A stretch of DNA of 64,000 nt from an uncultured delta proteobacterium (lineage in GTDB: Bacteria; Myxococcota; Myxococcia; Myxococcales; Myxococcaceae). Shown piece after piece: positions 24,298 to 37,494 of this stretch. The stretch's first letter is position 1. Every line of letters begins with the position of its first letter. The DNA lies in contig CAVZMH010000006.1 in NCBI GenBank assembly GCA_963776345.1, positions 1 to 64,000 on the forward strand. Reading direction: 5' to 3'. The notes below the pieces were generated by a model. That model made no database searches, was not told where the DNA came from, and saw only the letters and a program-made list of their open reading frames with translations. A program made the translations under genes and the position numbers.

Positions 24298-25032
24298 TCA
24301 GCGCTGGGGGGCGCGGGCCGCCGGCGCCGCGAGTGGCCGCAGCAACCCCGGATGCGTCTGCGCGGTCCAGAGCGCGAGCGCGGTCGCCAGGAGGAAGCCG
24401 GCCGTCGCCGCGAGCACCGCGATCTTCACCGGGCGCACCGACGTCTCTTCCTCGGAGGCGGCGGGACGGCGCCGCGGGCGCTCGGTCCCCGCGCTCCCGC
24501 CGGGCATCCGGAGCCGCAGCACGGCAGGCCCGATGTGGATCCGCTGCCCGACCTGGAGCTCGCTCGGCCCGGCCAGCCGCTCGTCGTCGAGGAAGGTACC
24601 GTTCTGGCTCCCCAGGTCCTCGAGAAACAGACGCTCCCCGCGGCGGGTCAGCCGGGCGTGCCGTCGGCTGATGGAGGCGTGGGGGAGCCGCAGGTCGCAG
24701 CTGCTCGACCGGCCGAGGATCACCGCCCCCTCGCTCACCGGGAGCAGCTGGCCCGTGCCGGGGCCGTGCTCGGCGTAGAGGAAGATCTCCTGGGTGCCCA
24801 CCGCGGCCACCGTGGAGACCATCGTCGCCGGACCGACGGTGTCCCGGCCCGCGCGCCGCTTCCGACCGGGGCGCACCGGATAGGTCGTCACCCGCTGGGG
24901 CGCCGGATCATCGGCGTTGAGCGGCGTGGCCTCGCGCTCGTCGAACGGGAGCTCGCCCGTGTCGTCGGAGTCCTTCTTGCCATCCTCGGTGGGAGGTCGC
25001 CGTGGGGGTCGCTTGGGGTTGGATGGCGCCAT
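24298..25032 (-). CDS. FHA domain protein with C-terminal TM anchor
   Basis: ILGR, HASISRRHA, EDLGSQNGTF; hydrophobic C-terminal helix. Confidence 0.85.
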   Translation of the reverse strand: MAPSNPKRPPRRPPTEDGKKDSDDTGELPFDEREATPLNADDPAPQRVTTYPVRPGRKRRAGRDTVGPATMVSTVAAVGTQEIFLYAEHGPGTGQLLPVSEGAVILGRSSSCDLRLPHASISRRHARLTRRGERLFLEDLGSQNGTFLDDERLAGPSELQVGQRIHIGPAVLRLRMPGGSAGTERPRRRPAASEEETSVRPVKIAVLAATAGFLLATALALWTAQTHPGLLRPLAAPAARAPQR

Positions 25033-25104
25033 GCGGGTTCGCGGGGTCCCTCATCCCCCGGCCGTGCAATGATGTCACGTTCCTCGATTTCCCGCGCCAC
25101 TCTC

Positions 25105-26577
25105 TTGTCACCGTCCCACGGCCCCCCCGCCCTCTCCGTCTACAACACGCTGACCCGCCGCAAGGAGCCCCTCGAGACGCTCCACCCCGGTGAAGTGCGT
25201 CTGTACGTGTGTGGTCCCACCGTCTACTCGTGGGTGCACATCGGGAACGCCCGGACGTTCACCATCTTTGACGTCGTGGTGCGTTATCTCCGCCACCGCG
25301 GCTACCGGGTCTCGTACGTCCGGAACTACACCGACGTCGACGACAAGATCATCAACGCCGCGCGAGAGGCCGGCGAGGACCCGGCGGCGCTCGCCGAGCG
25401 CTACGTCCGCGCCTTCGAGGAGGACGCCGCCGCGCTCGGCCTGCTGGCTCCGGACGTCGCGCCGCGGGTGACCGAGGTCATCCCGGAGATCCTCGCGCTC
25501 ATCCAGACGCTGCTCGACGAAGGCGTCGCCTACCCGGCGGGCGGCGACGTCTACTTCCAGGTCTCGCGCTGGCCCGAGTACGCCAAGCTCTCGCGGCGCA
25601 ATCTCGACGACCTGCGCGCCGGCGAGCGGGTCACGCCGGGCGAGCACAAGCGCGAGCCGCTCGACTTCGCGCTCTGGAAGGCCGAGAAGCCCGGCGAGCC
25701 GGCGTGGGATGCGCCCTGGGGCCGAGGCCGTCCCGGGTGGCACATCGAGTGCTCGGCGATGAGCGAGAAGTTCCTCGGTCGGACCTTCGACATCCACGGC
25801 GGCGGGCTGGACCTCATCTTCCCCCACCACGAGAACGAGATCGCCCAGTCCGAGGCCGCCCACCACGCGCCGCTCGCCCGGGTGTGGATGCACGCCGGCT
25901 TTCTCAATCTCGAGAACGCCAAGATGTCGAAGAGCCTGGGGAACGTGGTCCGGCTCCGCGACGCGCTGGCGAAGGTGGACGCCGAGGCGCTGCGATACTT
26001 CTTCGTCACCAGCCACTACCGGAACGGGCTGGACTTCTCCGACGAGGCGCTCTCCGACGCCGAGAAGCGGATGGAGTACTTCTACGAGACGCTCCAGCGG
26101 GTCGACGAGCGGCTCGGCGCGCGCGAGGTGAAGCCCGGGCCGGTGCACGGCGACCCGGACGCCCACCTCCGCGCGTTCGAGGAGGCGATGGACGACGACT
26201 TCAACACCGCCGGGGCTCTGGCGGCGCTCTCGGGCCTGTTCGGACAGCTGAACGAGCTCCTCGATCGTCCGCCCGTGCCCGACCGGGCCACGGTGGTCCG
26301 CACCCTGGCCACGCTGCGGGCGGTGGTTCCGGCGATGGGCGGCGTGCTCGGCATCCTGGGGAGCAACCCCGCGGCCTGGCTCGAGCGTCGGCGAGACCGG
26401 CTGGTCCGGCAGCGCGGCCTGGACCGCGCGCGGATCGAGTCGATGCTCGCCGAGCGGACCGAGGCGCGAAAGGCCAAGGACTTCGCCCGATCGGACGCCA
26501 TCCGCGACGCGCTCCTGGCGCTCGGGGTGGAGCTGCGAGACGGGCCGTCCGGAACGCAGTGGAAGGTCCGCTCCTGA
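25105..26577 (+). CDS. cysS: Cysteinyl-tRNA synthetase
   Basis: YVCGPTVY, HIGN, GRPGWHIECSAM, DIHGGGLDLIFPHHENE, KMSKS. Start uncertain (TTG 25105 or ATG 25069). Confidence 0.97.
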   Translation: MSPSHGPPALSVYNTLTRRKEPLETLHPGEVRLYVCGPTVYSWVHIGNARTFTIFDVVVRYLRHRGYRVSYVRNYTDVDDKIINAAREAGEDPAALAERYVRAFEEDAAALGLLAPDVAPRVTEVIPEILALIQTLLDEGVAYPAGGDVYFQVSRWPEYAKLSRRNLDDLRAGERVTPGEHKREPLDFALWKAEKPGEPAWDAPWGRGRPGWHIECSAMSEKFLGRTFDIHGGGLDLIFPHHENEIAQSEAAHHAPLARVWMHAGFLNLENAKMSKSLGNVVRLRDALAKVDAEALRYFFVTSHYRNGLDFSDEALSDAEKRMEYFYETLQRVDERLGAREVKPGPVHGDPDAHLRAFEEAMDDDFNTAGALAALSGLFGQLNELLDRPPVPDRATVVRTLATLRAVVPAMGGVLGILGSNPAAWLERRRDRLVRQRGLDRARIESMLAERTEARKAKDFARSDAIRDALLALGVELRDGPSGTQWKVRS

Positions 26578-26667
26578 GCTGACACCGCGCGAGGGCGGGC
26601 CGGAGCCCCGGCTCCTGCCGAGGCCGCCCGCGAGACCGATGCCGCTCCTGGTGCTCGCCGGTCGCCG

Positions 26668-27372
26668 TCAGCGCGCCCGCTCGATGCGCACGGTGAACAG
26701 GTGATGGACCGAGACCGCGCGCCCCTCGATCTGCGCCGGCCGGTAGCGACGCGCCTGCAGCGCGGCGAGCACCGCGGCCTCGGCGAGCGGGAGGCCTCTG
26801 AGCACCTCGCATCCCTCCACGGTCCCCGAGGCGGTGATCACGCAGCGCGCGAGCAGCGTGCCCTCCACCCCGCTGCGCCGCGCCTCGGCGGAGAGCATCA
26901 CCCCCGGTCCGGAGAGCAGAACCGGCATCTGCGCCACCACGTCCTCGGAGAAGGCGCCGGGCCCGTCGCCGCCGCACGGAGGCGTGGCGCACTCCGGGCC
27001 ACCGCCGGGGCCACGCCCGTCGCCGGTCGGTCCCCCGGGGCCGTCCTGCGGGTTTCCGTCCAGACCCTCGGTCGACACCGGCGGGGGCGGCGGCTCGGTC
27101 GGACGCGCCACCTCGACCGGGCGCGCAGTCCCGGGCCGCACGGGCCGGCGAGCTCTCGGAGGCAGCGCCCCCGGCTTCTGACCGGAGCCTCCGCCGCTCG
27201 CGATCGGCCCTCGGGGGATCCACCGCACGGGGGGAAGCCCGTCCCGCGGTGGCGTCGGGCGGGAGAGAGCCAGCGCCCCGGCGAGCAGCACGGCGTGGGC
27301 GAGGAGAGAGAGGGCCAGGGCGGGTCGCAGCCGCGTGGGTGCGCTGGACCGCCCGCGAACGACGTCGAACAT
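26668..27372 (-). CDS. TonB-family energy transducer
   Basis: N-terminal TM with SLLAH, Pro/Gly-rich linker, TonB_C-like [23 protein letters not shown]...YRPA. Confidence 0.8.
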   Translation of the reverse strand: MFDVVRGRSSAPTRLRPALALSLLAHAVLLAGALALSRPTPPRDGLPPVRWIPRGPIASGGGSGQKPGALPPRARRPVRPGTARPVEVARPTEPPPPPVSTEGLDGNPQDGPGGPTGDGRGPGGGPECATPPCGGDGPGAFSEDVVAQMPVLLSGPGVMLSAEARRSGVEGTLLARCVITASGTVEGCEVLRGLPLAEAAVLAALQARRYRPAQIEGRAVSVHHLFTVRIERAR

Positions 27373-27521
27373 CGGAGAGCCTGCCCGGGGGCCGTCCGCC
27401 ACGTCCCCTCGGCGAGGGCCGCCCACGGGCACCCCGCAGTCTCTCGCCCGTCCGCTCCTGCCGTCCAGTGGGCGGGTCCGCGGTGGACGTCGCCCCGCGC
27501 CCCGGGGCAGAACCAGGCCCC

Positions 27522-29186
27522 ATGCTCTCCGCCGCCCTCGTCCTGGCGCTCGCCGCCGCGCCGCCCGCCCGGACCTCCGCCGCCGCCGAGCGGGCCATCA
27601 CCGCCGACGCCCTCCGCGCCCACGTCCGCTTCCTCGCCTCCGACCTGCTCGAGGGCAGGGGACCCGGGACCCGCGGCGATGCGCTGGCGGAGGCCTACAT
27701 CTCCTCCCAGCTCGAGGCGCTCGGGCTCCGGCCCGCCGGCACGCAGGGGTACCTCCAGCCGTTCGACATCGTGGGCGTGGACGGCCACGCCCCCACCGTC
27801 CAGTTCACCCACGGCTCCAGCGCGCTCGTCCTCCGCCACCCCGACGAGGTCATCGCGGTGGCGGGCGACGCGGCTCCCCACACTGCGCTCGAGGCGGCGG
27901 AGCTGGTCTTCGTGGGCTACGGCATCCGCGCACCCGAGTACGCCTGGGACGACTTCAAGGGGCAGGACCTCCGGGGCAAGGTGCTGCTCATCCTCAACAG
28001 CGACCCCGAGGACGACCCGGCGCTCTTCGCCGGCCGGACGCGCCTCTGGTACGGCCGCTGGGACTACAAGTACGAGATGGCCGCGAAGGTGGGGGCCGCG
28101 GGCGCCATCGTCCTCCACACCCCGCACAGCGCCGGCTACCCCTGGCAGGTCGTCCGCACCTCGTGGACCGGGCCGCAGTTCTCGGTGCCCACCACCGAGC
28201 GGCGGGTGCCGGTGCGCGGGTGGGTCACCGAGGAGGCGTGCCGGAAGCTCGTGGCGCTCGCGGGCAAGAGCCTGGACGAGCTCGTCCGCTCGGCGAACCA
28301 GCGCCAGTTCCGCCCCGTCCCGCTGGGGATCGCCGTCACCGCCGCGTTCGACAGCCGCGTCGAGCGGACGCACACGGCGAACGTGCTCGCGGTGCTCCCC
28401 GGGAGCGACCCGCGGCTGTCCTCCGAGGTGGTGCTCTACACCGCCCACCACGACCACCTGGGGATGCGCGCCGATGCGCCGCCGGGCGAGGACGCCATCT
28501 ACAACGGCGCCGAGGACAACGCCTCGGGGGTGGCCCTGATGCTCGAGGTGGCGCGCGCGTACGCCGCGCTCCCCGAGCCCCCGAGGCGCAGCATCCTCTT
28601 CGCCGCGGTGGCCGCCGAGGAGCAGGGCCTGCTCGGCTCCGAGTATCTGGCGCGCCACCCGCCTGTGCCGCTGGGACGCATCGCGGTGGACATCAACATC
28701 GACGGGGCCAACGTCTTCGGCCGGACCCGCGACGTCACCGTCATCGGCCTCGGCAAGACCGATCTCGACGTGACGCTCCGGGCGCTCGCCCGCGCGCAGG
28801 GCCGGGTGCTGCGGGGCGACCAGCTCCCGGACCGCGGGTACTTCTACCGGAGCGACCAGTTCAGCTTCGCCCGGGTCGGGGTCCCCTCGGCGTACTTCGA
28901 GAGCGGGCTCGACTACCGCGGTCGCCCGCCCGGCTGGGGCCGGGAGAGGCGCGAGGCCTGGGAGGAGACCCGGTACCACCAGCCCTCGGACGAGCTGACG
29001 CCCGACTGGGACCTCTCGGGCGCGGTGGAGGATGCCCGGCTGCAGTTCGCCCTCGGGTACAGCGTGGCCCAGGCGCGGGTCCTGCCTGCCTGGACGAAGG
29101 GCGACGAGTTCGAGGCTCCCCGCCAGCGCTCGCTGGAGGCGCTCCGCCAGCGTCCGCCCGGAGCGAGCCCGGCCAGCACTCATTAA
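27522..29186 (+). CDS. M28 family aminopeptidase with PA domain
   Basis: Signal peptide; [35 protein letters not shown]. Confidence 0.9.
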   Translation: MLSAALVLALAAAPPARTSAAAERAITADALRAHVRFLASDLLEGRGPGTRGDALAEAYISSQLEALGLRPAGTQGYLQPFDIVGVDGHAPTVQFTHGSSALVLRHPDEVIAVAGDAAPHTALEAAELVFVGYGIRAPEYAWDDFKGQDLRGKVLLILNSDPEDDPALFAGRTRLWYGRWDYKYEMAAKVGAAGAIVLHTPHSAGYPWQVVRTSWTGPQFSVPTTERRVPVRGWVTEEACRKLVALAGKSLDELVRSANQRQFRPVPLGIAVTAAFDSRVERTHTANVLAVLPGSDPRLSSEVVLYTAHHDHLGMRADAPPGEDAIYNGAEDNASGVALMLEVARAYAALPEPPRRSILFAAVAAEEQGLLGSEYLARHPPVPLGRIAVDINIDGANVFGRTRDVTVIGLGKTDLDVTLRALARAQGRVLRGDQLPDRGYFYRSDQFSFARVGVPSAYFESGLDYRGRPPGWGRERREAWEETRYHQPSDELTPDWDLSGAVEDARLQFALGYSVAQARVLPAWTKGDEFEAPRQRSLEALRQRPPGASPASTH

Positions 29187-29195
29187 AGTGTTTCC

Positions 29196-31333
<2,138 letters not shown>

Positions 31334-31334
<1 letters not shown>

Positions 31335-33283
31335 TGCCGTCGGCGGCGCTGGAGGAGAAGCTGGAGCGGCTCCCGACCGCCCCCGGCGTCTACCTGATGA
31401 AGGACGCCCGGGGAGAGGTCATCTACGTCGGCAAGGCGGTGAATCTCCGCAGCCGCGTGCGCTCCTACTTCGGGCGGAGCAGCGACACCCGCGCCTTCAT
31501 CCCCTTCCTCGAATCGGTGCTCGAGGACGTGGAGACGGTGGTGGTGAGCAACGAGAAGGAGGCGCTCCTCCTCGAGAACGAGCTCATCAAGCGGCACCAG
31601 CCCCGGTTCAACGTCCTCCTCAAGGACGACAAGAACTTCATCTGCCTGAGGCTCGACCCGGCCGGGGAGTGGCCGCGGCTGGAGGTGGTGCGGCGCTTCA
31701 AGCGCGACGGGGCGCTGTACTTCGGGCCCTACGCCTCGGCGAGCAGCATCCGGGAGACGCTGCGGATCATCAACCGCTACTTCCAGCTGCGGACCTGCTC
31801 GGACCACGTGCTCCACCACCGGAGGCGGCCCTGTCTGCTCCACCAGATCGGCCGCTGCCCCGCGCCCTGCGTCCACGACGTCTCGCGGGAGGAGTACGCC
31901 GAGTCGGTGCGGGAGGTGGCCCTGTTCCTGGAGGGGAAGGGTGGCGAGCTGCTCTCGGCGCTCCGGGGGCGGATGAAGGGAGCGGCCCAGGCGCTCCGCT
32001 TCGAGCAGGCGGCGCGGCTCCGGGATCAGCTCTTCGCCATCGAGCGCTCGCTGGAGCGGCAGAAGGTCGCCACCACCGAGCCCATCGACCAGGACGTGTT
32101 CGGCTACCACCGCGAGGCGGACCGGCTGGTGGTGTACGTGCTCTACGTGCGGCAGGGCCGGCTCAACGGCGGCCAGGCCTTCCCCTTCACCGGGCAGGAG
32201 TTTCCCGACGAGGAGCTGCTCGGCAGCCTGGTCAACCTCTACTACGGAGAGGACAACGTGCTGCCCGACGAGGTGCTGCTGCCGCTCCGGCCGGAGGGTG
32301 GGGTGGATCCGCTGGCGGAGCTGCTCACCGAGAAGCGGGGCCGGCGGGTCCGGGTCCTGGTGCCTCAGCGTGGAGAGAAGCTCCAGCTGGTGGAGATGAG
32401 CGCGGCGAACGCGCGCCAGGCGCTGCTCGACCAGCGGCGGAGCCGGGACGAGCTGGACGCAGTCCTGAAGCGACTCGAGGACCGGCTGCACCTCTCGGCC
32501 CTGCCGCGCCGGATGGAGTGCTTCGACATCTCGCACTTCCAGGGCAGCAGCATCGTCGCCAGCCAGGTGGCGATGACCGACGGCGAGCTGGACCGGGCGC
32601 GCTACCGGCGGTTCCGGATCAAGAGCGTGCAGGCCCAGGACGACTTCGCCTCGATGTACGAGGTGGTGAGCCGGCGGCTGCGGCGGGGACGCGAGGCGGG
32701 CGACCTGCCGGACCTCCTGGTCATCGACGGCGGCAAGGGGCAGCTGGCCTCGGCGCGGGCGGCGATGAAGGACCTGGGGGTGAGCCTCGACGTGGTGGGC
32801 CTCGCCAAGTCGCGCGAGCTGGACTCGGACGACCAGGCCGGCGCGGCGGCCCGGAGCCCCGAGCGGGTGTTCATCCCGGAGAAGCGCGACCCCGTCGTCC
32901 TGCCGCAGAACTCGCCCGAGCTGTTCCTCCTGGTCCGCCTGCGCGACGAGGCCCACCGCTTCGCCATCACCTATCAGCAGAAGCTGATGCGGCGGCGGAA
33001 CTTCAAGAGCGTGCTCGAGGACGTCCCCGGCGTGGGCGAGGGCAGGAAGAAGGCGCTGCTCCGGGCCTTCGGGTCGCTGAAGCGCATCCGCGAGGCGAGC
33101 ATCGAGGAGCTGGCCGCGCAGGCGGGCCTGGGGACCACGCTGGCCGAGCGGATCCACGCCCACCTGCACGCCTCGGAGCGCGAGCTGCGGCGCGAGCTGG
33201 CCGAGGGGCAGGTGGACGAGGACGCGGTCCGGGAGGCGTCGCTGGAGGACGCGGCGCAGGACGAACCCCGGCCTCCCGGTTGA
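31334..33283 (+). CDS. uvrC: Excinuclease ABC subunit C
   Basis: GIY-YIG PGVYLM...[28 protein letters not shown], HhH motif; TGATG overlap with uvrB. Confidence 0.97.
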
Positions 33284-33394
33284 CCGTCCTGGCCGGACGC
33301 AGTCCGTGCAAGGCGGGCTCCGGGCCGCTCTTCGCTCCCGGGACGTCGATCTCGCTCCGGGCGGGCCGATGACCGCGGTAGCCTGCACGCCCCG

Positions 33395-33804
33395 ATGCGG
33401 CTCGACCCCACGGCCATCCCTGCCATCTCCCGCGAGGCGATCGCGGTGCTGACCCGCGAGGGGGACATCGAGGTCGAGCCGACGCGGGTCGCCGACGCCG
33501 AGATGGACCTCGCCGCCATCATGCGCGAGCACCTCACCGGCGAGGAGCGCGTGAACCAGGCGACCCGCGAGGCGCTGGAGCGCCGGGGGTACTGGCGGAC
33601 GTGCGCGGGTTCAAGCTCGGCGACGAGGGCATCGCATCGGTCGTCGGGCAGATGTCCGAGTTCCTGCTCCTGAGTCGGAGTGTGGAAGAGGTCTTCTCCG
33701 CGGACGACGTGCTCCGGGCGAAGCTGGGTGCGGTCATGGCGAAGCACCTTGCCGCGGAACCCGGTCGGCCTCCGTCTGGCTCGGGTGGCACTGGCGCCGG
33801 CTGA
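33395..33804 (+). pseudogene. Frameshifted, truncated tandem duplicate of the DUF507-like gene
   Basis: ORFs 33395..33673 and 33601..33804 align in turn to the protein at 34001..34519; 34-nt deletion at about 33592; no homology after KHL. Confidence 0.85.
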
Positions 33805-34000
33805 TCGCTTCCCGGGTCGAGTGAGCGGCGGAGCGGGTCGCCCTCGGGCCCACGGGGCTCGACCGGCCGCTTGCTCACGAGACCGAAAAAACTCCCTGTT
33901 TTCGTTGCGGCGCGGACCCCCCGGTGATGTATAGCGGGGGCTTCCACGAGCGACGCCGACGGTCAATCTTCGGGGGGCTCGCCGGTACCCAGGAAGGGTT

Positions 34001-34519
34001 ATGAGGCTTTATCCCAAGGTGATTCCCGTCATCTCCCGCGAGGCGATCCAGCTGCTGATGCAGGACGGGGACATCGAGGTCGAGCAGATGCGGATCAACG
34101 ACGCGGAGATGGACCTCTCCGCCATCATGCGTGAGTACCTCACCAACGAGGAGCGCGTGAACCAGGCGACCCGCGAGGCGCTGGAGCGCCGGGGCTACGA
34201 CTACAGCAAGTTCAACCAGGTGAAGCGCGAGATGGCCGACGTCCGCGGCTTCAAGATGGGCGACGAGGGGATCGAGTACGTCATCAACCAGATGATCGAG
34301 TTCCTCCTCATCAGCCGGAACGTCGAGGAGGTCTTCTCGGCGGACAACGTGATCCGGCAGAAGGTCTTCGCGGTGATGAAGAAGCACCTCGACGTCGACG
34401 AGGAGATCGACCGCGAGGCCCGGGCGCGCCTGAAGCACCTGCAGGAAGGCACCAGCGCCTTCGACATCGAGTACAACAAGACGGTCGAGCAGATCCGCCG
34501 CGCCCGCGGCCTGATCTGA
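34001..34519 (+). CDS. DUF507-like family protein
   Basis: Clean ORF with RBS-like ggaagg and very strong codon bias; family name recalled, not searched. Confidence 0.8.
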   Translation: MRLYPKVIPVISREAIQLLMQDGDIEVEQMRINDAEMDLSAIMREYLTNEERVNQATREALERRGYDYSKFNQVKREMADVRGFKMGDEGIEYVINQMIEFLLISRNVEEVFSADNVIRQKVFAVMKKHLDVDEEIDREARARLKHLQEGTSAFDIEYNKTVEQIRRARGLI

Positions 34520-34575
34520 CCGCCGGCTCCGGCTCGAAAGTTGACCCGTCAGGCCGGCCGTCTACCGTTCGCTCC

Positions 34576-34938
34576 GTGTCCAGCTCCGAGCTCGCGCCTC
34601 CGACCTCTCCCGGGACCTCCCTCGAATCGCTCTCGCAGACCGCGGGTGATGCGCTCCGCCGGGCGCTCGCCTCGTCCGGCACGGGCAGCGTGCTCTCCAC
34701 GCAGGTGGAGGAGGACCTGCGCTCGGCGCTGACCGGACTCGAGGCCCTGCACTCGCACCTCGAGGATCTGGTCTCCACCCTCCTCGAGCCGCGACCCACC
34801 CCGCTGTCGCTGGTCGAGGCGGCCGACGACTCCCGGGCCCAGGAGGCGCTGGTCTCCCTCGAGGAGACGCTGACCTCGCTCCGCCGCCGGCTCGGCCAGG
34901 CCGCCGCGCAGCTCCGCATCCGGCCCGAGCCCGCCTAG
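34576..34938 (+). CDS. Hypothetical alpha-helical protein
   Basis: 120-aa ORF with heptad-like Leu pattern; preceded by TTGACC-16-TACCGT. Confidence 0.6.
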   Translation: MSSSELAPPTSPGTSLESLSQTAGDALRRALASSGTGSVLSTQVEEDLRSALTGLEALHSHLEDLVSTLLEPRPTPLSLVEAADDSRAQEALVSLEETLTSLRRRLGQAAAQLRIRPEPA

Positions 34939-35053
34939 CGCTCGGAGCACTCGGGAGCCGAACAGGTGAGCATCACGCGGCCGCCCTGATCCCCGCCGAC
35001 TGCAGCCCGCCTGACGACACCCTGACCCGGACCTCGACCGCGGCCGCCGTGAC

Positions 35054-36370
35054 CTAGAGCCCGGCGAACGACAGGCCCAGCCTGGCCGCGCCGCCGAGCA
35101 CCAGGAGCCACACCGGGTTCACGTCGAAGCGCACCGCGGTGAGCGCGGTGGCCGCCGCGATGCCCACCTCCAGCCTGGCGTCGAAGCTCCCGCCGAGGGT
35201 GATGGCCGCCGCCGCCATCAGCCCCACCACCGCCGGGGTGAGGCCGCGCAGCGCCGCGCGCACCCAGCGACGCGACCGCACCCGGTCGAGCCACGTCCCG
35301 AGCAGAACCACCAGGGCGAAGGGCGCCGAGAAGATGGCCACCGTGGCCACGCCCGCCCCGAGCCAGCCGTGCTGCAGGTAGCCGATGAACGTCGCCAGCA
35401 GCAGCACCGGCCCCGGGGTGAGCTTCCCGATGGCCACCGCGTCGGCGAACTGCCGGTCGGTGATCCAGTTGTGGGCGTGCACCATCTGGCGCAGGTGGGG
35501 GATGATCGCGAAGCCGCCGCCGTACGCGCCGAGCCCGGTGCGGAAGTAGACCACGGCCATCTCGATCAGCTTCGCGTCCAGGCCGGTGGCGTGCACCATC
35601 GCGGCGAGCACCAGCAGGGTCCCCACCAGCGCCGGGGTGTGGAGCTCGGCCGGGGGCGGGGAGGCCGGCGGCGGGTCCTCGCGCCCGGGCGGATCGAGCG
35701 GCGCCCCCTCCTCGGGGAGAGCCACCGGCACCCGCCGGCCGACGAGACCCCGAGCCCGCGCCAGCGCCCGCCGGGCCCCGAGGTCGACCGCGAGCCCGAT
35801 GCAGATGGCGAGCAGCACCACCTCGGCGGGCGACGCGCCGCCCACCGCCGAGAGCAGCAGCGCGCCGGCGGCGACGCCCATCTGCCAGAGCTGGTTCACC
35901 CCGGTGCGGACCATCTTCAGGGTGATGGCGCAGATGATGCCCACCACCGCGGCGTTGAAGCCCGAGAGGAGGCGGTCCGCCGAGGGAACCGTCCCGAAGC
36001 GCACGTAGAGCCAGGAGAGCGCCCCCACCGCCACCGCGCCGGGGAGCACGAAGCCCACGTACCCGGCGAGCGCCCCGGTCCAGCCGCCGAAGCGCATCCC
36101 GATGTAGGCCAGGGCGTTCGCCGCCGCCCCGCCGGGCAGCATCTGCGAGACGGTGAGGGTGTTGGAGAACTCGCGCGGGGTGAGCCAGCGGCGCTTCTTC
36201 ACCACCTCGTCGTCGATCTGCGAGAGCACGCTGATCCCGCCCCCGAAGCCCACGCACCCCAGCCAGAGGGCGGTAACGAAGAGGTCCCGGCGGGAGGGAC
36301 GTTCGCGGGGGGTGGAGCGTGCGGTGGCGCGGCGGAGCCACTCCGCGGTGCTGCCGAGGACACTGCTCAT
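35054..36370 (-). CDS. chrA: Chromate ion transporter (long-chain CHR family)
   Basis: Two homologous halves: GFGGG...SQMLPG and GAYGGG...GKLTPGP. Confidence 0.9.
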   Translation of the reverse strand: MSSVLGSTAEWLRRATARSTPRERPSRRDLFVTALWLGCVGFGGGISVLSQIDDEVVKKRRWLTPREFSNTLTVSQMLPGGAAANALAYIGMRFGGWTGALAGYVGFVLPGAVAVGALSWLYVRFGTVPSADRLLSGFNAAVVGIICAITLKMVRTGVNQLWQMGVAAGALLLSAVGGASPAEVVLLAICIGLAVDLGARRALARARGLVGRRVPVALPEEGAPLDPPGREDPPPASPPPAELHTPALVGTLLVLAAMVHATGLDAKLIEMAVVYFRTGLGAYGGGFAIIPHLRQMVHAHNWITDRQFADAVAIGKLTPGPVLLLATFIGYLQHGWLGAGVATVAIFSAPFALVVLLGTWLDRVRSRRWVRAALRGLTPAVVGLMAAAAITLGGSFDARLEVGIAAATALTAVRFDVNPVWLLVLGGAARLGLSFAGL

Positions 36371-36418
36371 GGGAGCATCGACAACTCTAGCCCCGCGGCC
36401 CGGATTCCGCGCGCGTGT

Positions 36419-37180
36419 CTAGAGGCCGCGAGCGAGCGCGGAGCGGTCGAAGGGGCGTCCTGGCTTGTAGTCCGTCCACTCCACGACCACCGGCCCAAGC
36501 GCGAAGTCCGCCTCCATCCGCATCGGGACGTGCGCCGCGTCGTCGCTGAACCACATGCGCAGCTCGCGCGCCGACAGATTGCCCGAGAACTCGGTGCGCA
36601 GCCGCACCCGGACTGCCTGCTTCGGGCCCAGCGGGGTTTCCACCGTTCCGCGGCCCTCCACCAGGGCGATGCCCTTGAAGAGCTTCGACCCGGTGAAGAT
36701 GGGCATCGAGAGCTGGTCGCCATCGGCCAGGCGCGCGGCGCGGAGGAAGAACACCGCCGAGGCGACGTCCACCGAGCCCAGCGGCACCTCGACCTGCGAC
36801 TCGCGCCGCGACTCTCCGTCGACCTGCCGCATCACCTGCGCCTTGCCCAGCACGCCGTCGAAGTCGATCCGCATCCGGCGCCGCTTCCGGTTCTCGTCGG
36901 CGTAGAGCTCGAGGCCCCGCGAGCGGATGCTGGTCGGATCCCACCAGGCCACGATCTTCTCCCGGATCGGGTAGATGACGAGGTCGCACCGGCCGTTGGT
37001 CACGATGGGCCAGCTGCCGGGCCGGTCCGCCGCCTCGGCCCCGACGGTCACGTCCGCGGTCCCGGCGGGCAGACCGAGCCAGCTCACCCGGTAGGTGATC
37101 TGCTCGCCCGGACCGAAGGCGGCCGCGGGCAGCGGTTCGGGGGAGGCGGCGAGCATCAGGGCCAGGACTGCAACGGACAC
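36419..37180 (-). CDS. DUF3108-like exported beta-rich protein
   Basis: Signal peptide; FGPGEQITYRVSWLGLPAG, DVASAVFFLR, WFSDDAAHVPMRMEA. Confidence 0.75.
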   Translation of the reverse strand: MSVAVLALMLAASPEPLPAAAFGPGEQITYRVSWLGLPAGTADVTVGAEAADRPGSWPIVTNGRCDLVIYPIREKIVAWWDPTSIRSRGLELYADENRKRRRMRIDFDGVLGKAQVMRQVDGESRRESQVEVPLGSVDVASAVFFLRAARLADGDQLSMPIFTGSKLFKGIALVEGRGTVETPLGPKQAVRVRLRTEFSGNLSARELRMWFSDDAAHVPMRMEADFALGPVVVEWTDYKPGRPFDRSALARGL

Positions 37181-37284
37181 GCTCCGAATTCTAGCCCTGG
37201 CGGCCGACGGATGCTCGTCCCGGTGCGGCGGCGCGCCTGGGGGGCCGGCGCCCGGGCTGCCGGTTGGGCGTAGACTCCCTGGGC

Positions 37285-37494
37285 GTGCCGATCGACAAGA
37301 ACGCCGAGGAAGAGGACCTGCGCGAGGACCGGCGGAGCCGGGCCTACACCGACTACGACTGCCCCTCCTGCAACGCCAACAATCCCACGGAGATGGCGCT
37401 GCGCGACGGGGACGAGACGCGCTGCAACTACTGCGGAACCGAGTACAAGGTCCGCATCACCGACGACGGCCGGCTCAGGCTCAAGGAGCTCTAG
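37285..37494 (+). CDS. Small zinc-ribbon protein
   Basis: CPSC...CNYC; acidic N-terminus; GTG 37285 (alternative TTG 37264). Confidence 0.75.
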   Translation: MPIDKNAEEEDLREDRRSRAYTDYDCPSCNANNPTEMALRDGDETRCNYCGTEYKVRITDDGRLRLKEL

